64,000 nucleotides of DNA from Dicyema japonicum (taxonomy: Eukaryota > Animalia > Dicyemida). The translations under genes were made by a program, and so were the position numbers. Of this stretch, positions 12,707 to 23,490 are shown piece after piece. The first letter of the stretch is position 1; every line of letters starts with the position of its first letter. The notes below the pieces were generated by a model that saw only the letters and a program-made list of their open reading frames with translations, was not told the DNA's origin and did not search any database. The DNA lies in assembly GCA_011109175.1 (NCBI GenBank), contig RDEW01000005.1, positions 838,124 through 902,123 on the forward strand, given 5' to 3'.

Positions 12707-13242
12707 TTTTTGATTGACCCGTGACTTCCGAACTCATCAGCAACAAAGTGACATTAAATATTTTTGAATTAATTAATAAAACATATTTTATTTTTTTAAT
12801 AATAATAAATTATTTTTATTTAAATTATATTTATTTTAACAAGATTTTTTTTGTTATTTTAATTTTTAAATCAATTTATTTTATTTTTTCGACTACATTC
12901 CACATTTATTGACGTCGAATGGCACAATTGATTGCGAGGACTGGGATCACCTAAATGTAGACTTTTTTGTCTTTCTTTTTCGGTGTTCCCGTGGTTATTA
13001 AAATAAATAAATAAATTGACGTAATTCAAAAATTCAAGTAAATAATGCATATCTAACTATTACTGTAGGTATTCATCAAAATCATTGGTATCTTCTAACT
13101 GGAGACTTGTTTGTCCTGCTTCGTGACTTCGTGACTTAGACATTTCTCAAATTACCTGTTCTTAGTTGATCCTCACTGATACGTTAGATTGCTAGACTTT
13201 AGTTTTCACATGAAACCATTTTCCTCTCCTCCACTACACAAT

Positions 13243-13700
13243 TTATCGGTTTAAAAGTATATCTACTTCCTTGTCTAGCTCATCACATAACTTTTTTTCG
13301 ATAATTTCCGTTCCGAGAGACCGACTTTCTGGACATTCCAATATTGTCCGCATATATTCCAGAATTAAAGCTAGACATTCTTGGTAGACTCTGAAAATAT
13401 TAAACAAGATTGAGATCAGCACTGAGCCTGCGGGAACTCCTGATAAGTGAGATCCCAATAAAGTTCGAACCTTTACATAAGACTCCTTCACAGGCTGAGC
13501 CATAATGGCTTCAGCAAAAAGTGTCAAATCTCTAGAACCACTCTCCTCCTTTTATTGCAGTTAACCGCCATCTTTTCCGTATCCACTCTCTGAATTAATC
13601 ATCTATTCCCTTATAACTTTATATTGAATTTCTTGGTAGTTATTAATTCCGAAGTTAGTTAAAGCAAGCTGAATTTCTGTGAACAGTAAAATTTTGGAAT
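13243..13700 (-). CDS. Possible unidentified intron-containing gene
   Basis: Coding-like helical text (ECLALILEYMRTILECPESRSLGTEIIEKKLCDELDKE) with candidate short GT-AG introns; no family recognised. Confidence 0.3.
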
Positions 13701-14237
13701 TTTACAAAAAATGGGAACATCAATTGTTGGCCGCAGTCAACCAAATAGTAAGTTACAGGCTTCCCCTTACAAAGAGAGGTGGAGAAGTAGGTTTGCCCTC
13801 TTTTTTTACCACGCGACTTACCGCTGCAGAAATCACTTTATTCTTAGGCGGAAGAGTTTTCATAATAACAATCTTCATCGGTGGAGTTGGTAGGAGAAGG
13901 TAGGAAGATCCCTTTCAGCAACTATGTCGCACCAGAAAAACTCGTCGCATCACGGGTGGGATCTGGTAAACGAGAATTCACCTTCGCTGATAATTCCACC
14001 TATGGACGACAACCAGATGCTATGTCTTCAGAGGTTCAACCAAGAAGACGGCATATTACCTCATTAGCCCTTTAGCTCAGTGATTGGCCTGAATGTTGAG
14101 GTGAGGCCCACTTCAGTCTACACAACTGACGACGAATAAAATCCCCCGTCTCCCTTTTTATGTTAATAGAAAGTTTATTAATTCATACGTCATATTCAAC
14201 CTACAATACAGCCGTCTCGATAAAATCCTTATGACAT

Positions 14238-14820
14238 CTCAAAAATCGCTAAAATATTAGCTGAATCTCCCCGTGTCGATCTGAATACAAGTAACTGTGC
14301 TCAAGAAAACCTTCGAAAGTTAGTCATTTGACCAATCAGTGTAATGATTTAAATAAAGTCAGTCCATATTGATATCCCCCGTAGACTTTCACGGAAGCAT
14401 CTGAAGATATATAATGGAAGTCGGTTTGGTCATTCACATACATTGGAGAAACTAGATGTCCTTGAAAAACCTCCTGATTGGCGTAACAATTGATTTGGGG
14501 GACTTGCACCTTTTAAATTAGCGAACCTATGTAGTAAAAGGATTTTTCTCATGGACGCCATACTACTTAAGTTGTTGACTTTAAGGAATACGGAAGGGAA
14601 ACACTAGCAGTCGATCTTGTCTATGATGAAAAAACTCGAGAAAAAATAAGTATAGCTTAATAACGTGAATTCTATGGCTTGGATCTGCTGCCCATTACAG
14701 TGTGCAGCCTAGTGCAGCTGCCCCTATGTCCTCCTCTAGGCACAAATGACCTTATAACTTGTTCGAATCATCTGCCGTACTATGATTGGGGTAACTTCTG
14801 AGGGTCTAAAAGCTTTAGTC
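14238..14820. repeat. ~590 bp local repeat, copy 1
   Basis: High similarity to 15130-15730 from ctcaaaaat...gctaaaatattagc through tctaaaagctttagtc. Confidence 0.9.
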
Positions 14821-15049
14821 CCTCATCTACATTGACTCGAAATGAGTAAAATTACAGGTCAACCCCGCTCCGATAAAACCGCGACTAGTTCAACACGCTT
14901 TTTATGAAGCACCATTTTTTTATTTTTTTTATAAAATTCAATTATATAATTTATTTAATTTCAACCAATAAAAATAATAATAAATAAAAATAATCGACCC
15001 CGCTTTTGGGTCATTTTTATTATTCGTCTCTCAAATTGTAGCCATTTTA

Positions 15050-16450
15050 CACAAATCCTTCATCACACTATTGGACTTGGCTGAAATGAGTCATTTGACG
15101 AAGCTTGCCAAAAATGGAACGGGTCCGGACTCAAAAATAAGCTAAAATATTAGCCGAATCTGCATCCTCGCGACCTCTCATTGTCGATCTGGGATCACTT
15201 GTCGGTCTGAATACAAGTATCTGTGCTCAAGAAAACCCTCGAAAGTTAGTCATTTAACCAATCAGCGTAATGATTTAAATAAAGTCAGTCCACATTGACA
15301 TCCCATGTAGACTTAACGGAATCATCTGAAGATATATAATTGGAAGTCGGTTTAGTCATTCACGAACATTGGAAAAACTAGATGTCCATGAAAAACCTCC
15401 TGATTGGCGTAACAATTGATTTGGGGGACTTGCACCTTTTAAATTAGCGAACCTATATGGTAAAAGGATTTTTCTCATGGACGCCTACACTACTTAAGTT
15501 GTTGACTTTCAGGAATACGGAAGGGAAACATTAGCAGTCAATCTTGTCTATGATGAAAAATCTGGAAAAAAATGAGTATAGCTTAATAACGTGAATTCTA
15601 TGGCTTGGATCTGCTGCCCCTTGCAGCGTGCAGCCTGGCAGCTGCCCCTATGTCCCCATCTAGAACATAACTCTTCCAATCATCTGCCGTACTATGATGG
15701 GGTAACTTTGCGGATCTAAAAGCTTTAGTCTTAAGAATCCCAAGACACAACGAAGCAACGTTTTGGGATAACATTGGTGCTCCAAAATTTTGGAAAACCT
15801 TAAAAAGAAGCAAATCAACATCGTCTGGCTTGTTTGGTGTCAGCTTCAAGGTAAAGGGAGTAGAGCATGGCTTGGTGCAATACCTTGCCCAAACCTAGGG
15901 ACTCTTGGACAACGATTTTTTGAGGATTGGAATCGGACAAAGGCTAGGACTAGACGTTTGCCAGGAACACCGATGCCGATGCGGGAAAATAGTCGATGCG
16001 AAGGGATTGCACCCGCTGTCCTGCAGAAGAAGCGCCGGAAGAAGACCACGTCACGCTGCTCTGAAAAATGTGATCTTCAGAGCTCTGAAGGCTACAGACT
16101 TCCCATCACAGCTTGAACCAGTGGGTCTCGATCGATGAATGGAAAGAGACCTGACGAGATGACCGTTTTCCCTTACACATCCGGAAGATCTTTGGTCTGG
16201 GACGCAACTTGCGTTGACACATATTCAAGCACGAACCTTTTCAAATCGGTTCAGACACCTGGAGCAGCTGCTTCTACCGCGGAAAACCTAAAAATCAAGA
16301 AATATTCTTGCCTCGGGGACCGATGCTGATTTACTCCTGTTGCACTCAAGTCATCAGGAGCCGTTGGTCCAATGACGGCTGAGTTCTTGCGCGAACTCCG
16401 AGGAATGTTTGCCAGAAAGAAAAGGGATCAACGAGAAGGGTTCTGGAGTC
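15050..16450 (+). mobile_element. CRE-like (RLE-type) non-LTR retrotransposon 3' half, interrupted
   Basis: [12 protein letters not shown]...[51 protein letters not shown] (CCHC knuckle), KRPDEMTVFPYTSGRSLVWDATC (PD-(D/E)xK nuclease). No RT present. Confidence 0.85.
15130..15730. repeat. ~600 bp local repeat, copy 2, interrupting a CRE-like element
   Basis: Flanks aacgggtccggactcaaaa | aatcccaagac are contiguous in the uninterrupted copy at ~27504-27530. Confidence 0.85.
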
Positions 16451-17103
16451 GAATAGGTGACGGCCGTAATATAATGTGAATCAGTTACCTGCGTAATAAA
16501 AGGAACAGAAATAATTGCGATCAATTTCGTCACGTTAAGATCATGACACGCCAACTTGACACAGACGTTATTACAAACAGTAAGTCAGACATAATTAACA
16601 TAGGAAAGCCAAAATGGAGTCGATAATTCACCCTCCACAACACCGCTTTAGAGTGTTCACTGCTGTAGACCAATAGTAAGTATTTTATTAAACTAATCCA
16701 CATGGATTATAACGTCAGTCATCCGTTAAAACTGATCGAGTTCATACAAGGGAAAATGGAAGTCAGTGTCAGCATTGATTTTTTATAAATAAAGTTTGTT
16801 TTGTGCGGATTTGGACAGTGCAATCCATGCTGGATATGCGTGTTAATAGTTGCCAGAAAAACTGTTGTAGAATTATTGGAAAGGAAAGGATTGAAGAAAT
16901 CAAAGATCTGAGAAAAGTCTTGTGTAGATATTGATAAGGATATAATCCACGTTGCTGAGATCTAGCGAAGGTCTTGAAGATCCCCATCTTTTTGGACTCG
17001 AAGACTAAATTAAATTAAAAAAGATTTAAAAAATTTAATTAAAAATTAAATTTTAAACAATAAATAATTATAATATTTAAAGTATATTTAAATTAGGTTG
17101 ATC

Positions 17104-18272
17104 ATGGTGGGTTATTTAATTTTTAATTTTAAATATAGTCAGAATCAAACATGATGTACTTAAACGACTTTTTGGATGTATAATTTAAATATAATACATT
17201 TAATAGTACTAGAAAACCTCCCAAAACATTTTCATGATAAACTCAAGGACATCAGAGACTATGACTCTACAATAAATGGTATATTACACGACATACATTA
17301 GAATTGACTAGCAAAACTCTGCCATCTTTGAATGGCTACTTCAATTCTTGCTCGAAAGGAAAGGTGCCCAATGAAAACGAAATTGAAACATTGCTTAAGG
17401 TAATTTTATTTATTTTTAAATATTTTTAAATTTTAAATATCAAATTAATTTTATTTTAAATTATTTGTTCATGGTTTTATTTTATTATAGCCAATAAAAT
17501 ACGCGGAATCTCTTTCCTTAAAAAAGGTGGAATCCATCAATAGTCTATACGACACTGTGATCCTTATAGTTATTTTAGTTACACCAATACGCTCACAAGC
17601 TCGACCAAGATCTCCTCAAATTCAAGCTAGAGCTGGAGGCCGACGACGCGGGCTGTACGGAGATTTTGGAGAAAAGTACTTTTATTAATGTTTTTGAAGA
17701 ATGCATTGAACTCTATGAAAACAGGAATAAATTCCGACGTTGAAACTATCTTAAATCCTTAGGAAGAAAGATTGTGAGGGACAAGACCCCCAGAAATTTG
17801 GTGAAACTAAATGTCCCCAAAAAGTACAAAAGTACCCTCAGAAATCAGAATTGAATGTAAGACATTCTGTTCAGTCCGAATCCACCCCAGTAAAGGCTTC
17901 AATTCCAGATCCAGAAAAGATCCCCCTTCGTACTGAGACTCACAAGAAGTCCACGACCTCTACACGGTTATATGAAGATTTCATTGTCAAGGAAAAACAC
18001 AGCCCCTCAGTACAACTCGTCCACGTGGCAGACTGACGTCTCCTTGGCTTTGACTACCCCGAATGAGGGTGAACTGGACGACTCGAGGACTTATTGTATC
18101 TGCAATTCTTCAGCCTCAGGACAGATGGTGGCTTGTGATAATAATACTGTGATTATATTGATTATGGTAGTGTCCGATTGAGTGGTATCATTATGACTGT
18201 GTTGGGCTTACTGAGGCGCCTTTGGGGGAGTGGTTCTGTCCTCAGTGTAGGAGAGCTTATCCTGCAAAATGA
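17104..18272 (+). CDS. ING3: Inhibitor of growth protein 3 (ING N-terminal domain + PHD)
   Basis: MMYLNDFLD...[25 protein letters not shown] matches the ING3 motif KFKMELEADNAGITEILE. PHD reads YCICN...[32 protein letters not shown]. Tiny introns plus one ~90-nt AT intron. Confidence 0.92.
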
Positions 18273-18569
18273 TTTACTTTTTATTCAAATAATTTTTGTG
18301 TAAAAGTTTTGTTTGAATAGTGTTTTTACCACTTTTTGAAAATGGGGTATGTAGTTGTGTTACCTTGTTCATGTCTCTATCAATGGTTTGATTCCCCTCT
18401 GGTTACTTAATCAAATGTTTATTACCCTTGTTAAAGAGATTTTCTCAGCCCTGGGACCTCAACTGTTATTGAGTAATTTGTGGGAATGGCCGGCAAAATG
18501 GAAAACTTCCTATATAGACGGGTAGGACTATAAACCTTCTACATGCTATCTAGACGGGGAAGACCACTA

Positions 18570-18850
18570 ACCTCATACCTACTATCGAGACGGGTAACTA
18601 ATTAACTTCTGGATCGTGGTGATGGAAAGCACCTACGGGATCACTGTCTGTCTCTTCTCTCGGGGAGAAATGTATGATTAGGGATGGGCCATGCACAGAC
18701 GCCTTTTTCAAGTCAAGATTTGCCGACTCCGTGAAAGCTGGGGAGGCAGTACGAGCATTCAAAACTCAAAAATACGACAGCCTCTACCCGATTCCACGTA
18801 CAGCCCATTGACGTCGAGACGAGTGAAACGTTTCAAGAGATTCCTTAGCG
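18570..18850 (+). mobile_element. Highly degenerate CRE-like RLE fragment
   Basis: LDRGDGK..., TCTDAF...AGEAVRAFKTQKY..., QPIDVETS are collinear with the 27900-28200 element. Confidence 0.6.
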
Positions 18851-19026
18851 TGACAATCTTGTTTCCAAATGAGCTCCAGATTCTTCTGAGAAACCGACAG
18901 TCTTCTGAAGAAGAGTGGGAGGAGTAGACTTTATCAAAGAAGGATTTCCGTTGGATTGAGACTACTTCCTACAGCAACAAGTAATAAATATAAAAAGGTA
19001 ATTACAAGTCATCATAATATGAAGAT

Positions 19027-19490
19027 CTACAACTCCCTTCTACAGTAAGGACAATACGAATAGTCCTAAATATGACCACCAACAACCTCAAGCCACGTTT
19101 TTAGACAACAATGGTGAAACATATGCCTGCACTCCAATAGAACCACTGTGAGCTGTTCACATAATTTTCATAGCAAATTGGACAAAAATGATCTAAATTT
19201 TCTGCAATTTCGCTGTTTTTAATAAAGTTTTGGTAAATAATGGAACAAGGGACATATTTGACTCCCACATTGCGATCAAAATAAAATTCCCCGTCATTTT
19301 CGGTGATACTCGCAGAATCAATAATATCAATAAAATCAGGCTCATCATTGTAATCACGGACATCAATAACGTTGGAATCATCAGAATCGTGGAAACGAAA
19401 AGTGTACATGTCATATTCGTCATCATCGTGTGATTCTGTATTTTCGCAGCTATCAGACTCACTCAACGCATCAAGTTCTTCAGAATCCAT
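19027..19490 (-). CDS. Small RING-H2 E3 ligase-like protein with acidic N-terminus
   Basis: CPICYENY...(one T missing) LECRHMFHHCCLKTWLE / 21-nt intron at 19066-19086 / DYSYCPYCRREL*. This is a C3H2C3 pattern. Confidence 0.8.
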
Positions 19491-20824
19491 AAGTTATCCA
19501 CCAAATAATATTTGTTGTATCATTTTAAATATGAAATTATATATAAAATAAATAAATAAACAAATAAAATTTAATAAATAAAATAATAATTTTTTTATAA
19601 AATAAAAAATTTACTTAGATGTGACTGTAGATGCAAAGGCGAATTTCTTCGTTTTGCTAAAAAAGAAAAACTTTTTCGTCTCTGTTATCTGTTTGTGTGT
19701 TCCTGTCCACCATATTGATTTTTATTAGTTCTACACGTTATCACAAATGGGGTAAAATTGAACCAGAGTTTAGGACTGACTGGTCCCTGAGTTAGACGAG
19801 GTCGAAAATTCCCTTCCATAATGATTTTTTGGAGTTGGGGAGATAAGTTGGTAATGAATGAGATAAAGCCTTTCAAGAACTATACAGGTGTGAGCTATGC
19901 CCAATGCAAAAGAGGATGCAAGTGGTTGTAAATAAGAATGGTATCGGAGAATCCTAATTATTCACTGTTTTTCTGTAATGAAGGAATGAATGAATCTACT
20001 ACAAGATTTGATCAAGCAAAGACCAGAACTGGTTAACTATGTGATCCTATCACCATCTCCCAGTGTTCCTCAATTGACTACAAAAAACCGGTGAGATGTA
20101 AATGATTATTCTGATAAACGACATAAGGTTCGAGAACCATTGAGATCCAAGACACAACGAAAGAATGACAGACTGAGTGATCTGATAGTCAGGAATGCCC
20201 ACTTTTATTTGCTGTGCCACAAATCGGATAAAATGTACATTGGTTTTTTAAACAATCTCAGATTCACTGAGCTCTTTAAGAGAACATTCGAGAATCATAA
20301 ATTAATTATCATTACCAACTCATTAATGACACCCCCTGGTATTCCGCCATTCCTTCCAACCTCAAATACCTAAATCAAAAATACAGGTGACACACGTGCC
20401 AAGAACGTGAAAGCATATTTAGCATTTATTGTATAAAATCAAAAACCAATTTTATTTAATAGAACAACTAGCATTTAATCATTCCGAATGATCTCATTGA
20501 ATGAGTTGCGGTTCTTGGTAAAAATCTTAATAAATTTATTCTTTTACATTTTACTTCCAGATCTGTCCTTCGAGGTTGTAGTAGTCTGAGGTTGAGTTGC
20601 CGAGTATGTGATTGATTGCAATCTAAAAAACTATGGATATCTCGTTGACACCGCAATAAATAGTTTTTTTAGGAAAATCTCTAAACCTGAAAAATCAGAC
20701 GAATATTAACGTGGTTTCCATGTTCCATGCTAGACATTTGAAGAGTGCTTAGAGTTTGGTTTGTCTCCACATTTGAATTATTTATTCTTTTTAAGAAAAC
20801 TCAAAAATAAAGAAATACAGCAGC

Positions 20825-21081
20825 CTCCTAAACCGTTTTCATATACAGCCAGTGGTCGTCGAGACGAGCGGAGTCTTTGGCCCCAAGACGGTCTCTTTCC
20901 TTAGAGCACTTGGGTGTCTATTGACCAAAGCCTCGAGGGAGCGTCGGGAAACCGAGTGGCTTTTCCAAAGGATATCCCTGGCAGTAGTCAGAGGTAACAG
21001 CCACTCGATCATATCCGCTGGACTTTAGAACGATTTTATTGTTATAAATAAATTTCTTGAGTTTAAAAAAAAAAAAAAAAA
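20825..21081 (+). mobile_element. CRE-like 3' end with poly(A) tail
   Basis: VVVETSGVFGPKTVSFLRALG...WLFQRISLAVVRGNSHSIISAGL*, then aataaa and an A17 run at 21065-21081. Confidence 0.8.
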
Positions 21082-21109
21082 GAAATATAAAATAAAATAT
21101 AAATTTTTT

Positions 21110-21409
21110 GCTGCGTGGCGCATGTGGTGCTTCGTGGCTAATTGGTTGAAGTTTCTTTTTGTTCGCCTGTTCCTCCTCTCTCTTCCTACTAGAGTAGCGT
21201 CATGTGATCCACCTGTCTAGGTGGCGCCCATTGACAGGCCGGCATGAAAAAGGATCATTTGCTCTCCCCCACTCCACTGGAGGGGTTTCCACAACTGCAA
21301 TTATGGACGTCTTTTACCTTTTATGTTGATTCCGGATGGACTCTGTTTCTGTAGAAGTGGAAACTGGATACACTTAATTAGTTGTTCACTTTAACTTCTT
21401 TCTCGGTAT
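21110..21409. mobile_element. ~300 bp interspersed element, copy 1
   Basis: Strongly similar over its full length to 49525-49826, with the same start (gcYgcgtggcgc) and end (ttctttctcggt). Confidence 0.8.
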
Positions 21410-21429
21410 ATTCGGGGTTAATTAATGAA

Positions 21430-21700
21430 TAAATAAGATTAAGACAAGTTTGAATCTCGTTGCTGTAAATCCCGGCTGAAAGTTCCACAAATCTACGATA
21501 CTTTGACGACGAGTGGTGCCGTCATCAGTGAACATTTCTCTTCGGAACCGCATCGTCTACAAAAGGACTCATATCAAACAGAGAAAAAAGAAGTGAAGAG
21601 CATTCCTTGATTTTCCTTCACGATTATTTATCACAACGGTTACTGAAATGAAGTGTATGTCCTGTATGGTGGAGCTAAGCTAATATGGCTCTTCGTAAAG
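21430..21700 (+). mobile_element. Fragment homologous to the Penelope-like remnant at ~54300
   Basis: caaacagagaaaaaagaagtgaagagcatt matches the reverse complement of ~54315-54350; the rest is weak. Confidence 0.3.
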
Positions 21701-21829
21701 TTCACTATTATTGTATCTTCACCAGTAAAGTTGGGAGAGGATAGAAAGATTACTGGTTGATCTCGATATCTATCGTAAACACTCAAAACTAATACATGTC
21801 AGTAAAATATAGTTTACAAAAAATAAAGA

Positions 21830-22470
21830 TTTAGATAATCAATCCTTTGTAGACAAGATAGCGTAGGCGTTTCCACGCAATATGGCAATCCTGATTCGTT
21901 GTCTATGTCAGAACAATTTGCGGGTTTTTTTTGATTTGTTAGTTCCTATTTATTCAGAAAGACCGCAATGAGAGATCCTACGGCTCCCGACGTTTCTATA
22001 GCCACTGATGTGTATCGGTATCGGTCTCCAATAGACGAATACTTTTGGATTTTGGCGTATTTTGCTGCGTTGGCTGCAGATCCCGGTTTAGAAGCAGATC
22101 TCAGAAGGAGCGAAGTGGAGAAGGTAACCACACAGATCACATCTCAGACTAATAATTTTCCGTGTGAATACAGGAAACGCGTCATTCCGTCTGGCCCCTT
22201 GCTATCTCCACGATTCAGTCCGACAGGCTCTAGTTGAGTTGAGAAGCCTGTTGCCGCGAGGATTGGCAGAATAACATTATTCAATGCAGTGGGACGAGGT
22301 TAGCGACCTGCACTTTTTAGCAAAACAATAGATGTAATCTTTTGGTGTCAACTGTTCTTTCACAACAGCATCTGCTTTTCTGGCAGACGTCAAGTCCCAA
22401 TCGTTGTGCTATTCCGATTCTCACACAGTCATCGTCCACCAGATTCCGAAAAAACGCATGGAAATGCGTG
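21830..22470 (-). mobile_element. CRE-like RLE 3' half (second subfamily)
   Basis: QLEPVGLNRGDSKGPDGMT...KIQKYSSIGDRYRYTSVAIETSGAVG...IRIAILRGNAYAI. Confidence 0.85.
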
Positions 22471-23013
22471 GAGTTTGTTGACTTTTAATATTTTATTTTT
22501 TTTGAATTTTCATTAAGCGGCATACGTGTATGTCCACAGAATTCTTCCAAGATGTCACGATTTAATCCTCCATGATTATATTCGCTGGCATGCTTGGGTG
22601 CAAAACACACAACCAAACAGATTCCAGGGCTCGAAGACTATTACATATGGACATTTTGGACTATCTTAGAATGAACTCTTCCTTCTCACTCGCATTGCCC
22701 ATCTAAGGCTTAAAAAAGTGAAGTTGTCTTTCGTGTAATGAATCGAATTCCTTCTCCTTCAGCTTAGTGATTACAATCCCCACGAATTATAGCGAAGATC
22801 TTTTCAAAAAAGCCTCCTACGTTCTATGACGAAGTGTTCGCAATCTCCAGAGAAATCACCACAGAAAGAATCACGTGACTCCATCCGTTTGATCTCGTGT
22901 TTTTCGTCATTGTAGAACCAGTTGCCAATTAGTCCGGCTCTATCTTAAGCTGTTGTCGAACTATTAAATTTCTAAAATATAAATTTTGCAAGTTTTCCAT
23001 TTTAAGTCTATTT

Positions 23014-23330
23014 TTGGTGAGACGGAGGGGTACTCCTTTGAAAATGTCTAGAAAGCTGAAGAACAAGAGAATGTTTCAATTCAATTACCTTTCTATACGA
23101 AACGACAAATGGATGCAGCCTCGTCGAGAACCATGGAAAATATTTGTTAGTATGTCTACCGCTGATTCAAACGACCATGGCACTATAAATGTCTATGCAC
23201 CACACTGTGGAATGGTGGCCACAGATATGGGAGACCTATTTGGAGTTATGGAAACCTCATTAATAATTATGATAGTTGTCTTAGGAAATTCCATGAAAAC
23301 ATTGAAGGGAGTTGAAATCAACAGATGACC
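23014..23330 (+). mobile_element. RTE-like AP endonuclease (EEP) remnant
   Basis: TINVYAPH...IVVLGNS corresponds to the EEP motifs NVYAP and xxxGDFN. Confidence 0.55.
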
Positions 23331-23490
23331 TAGACTTATTGAGATCAATAGCAAATAGTGGAAGAGTGTCTTCCACTCCTCAGGGGACTATAGTTCTCGT
23401 AAAGTGCTACAATATAATTGAAGAAACATCAATTTAATCGTACGTAGACAAGGCAGATTTTATTTTTTTTAATTCAAAAAAATAAAAAAA

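Noticed and set aside
14238-14820. ISSDASVKVYGG on the minus strand as a DIRS-type RNase H motif
   Set aside because: It is one weak motif that is not conserved in copy 2, so it is insufficient for a call.
18516-18610. Three ~36-bp units starting (t/g)agacggg, superficially CRISPR-like
   Set aside because: These are degenerate tandem units with no constant repeat/unique spacer structure, in a eukaryotic context with no cas genes.
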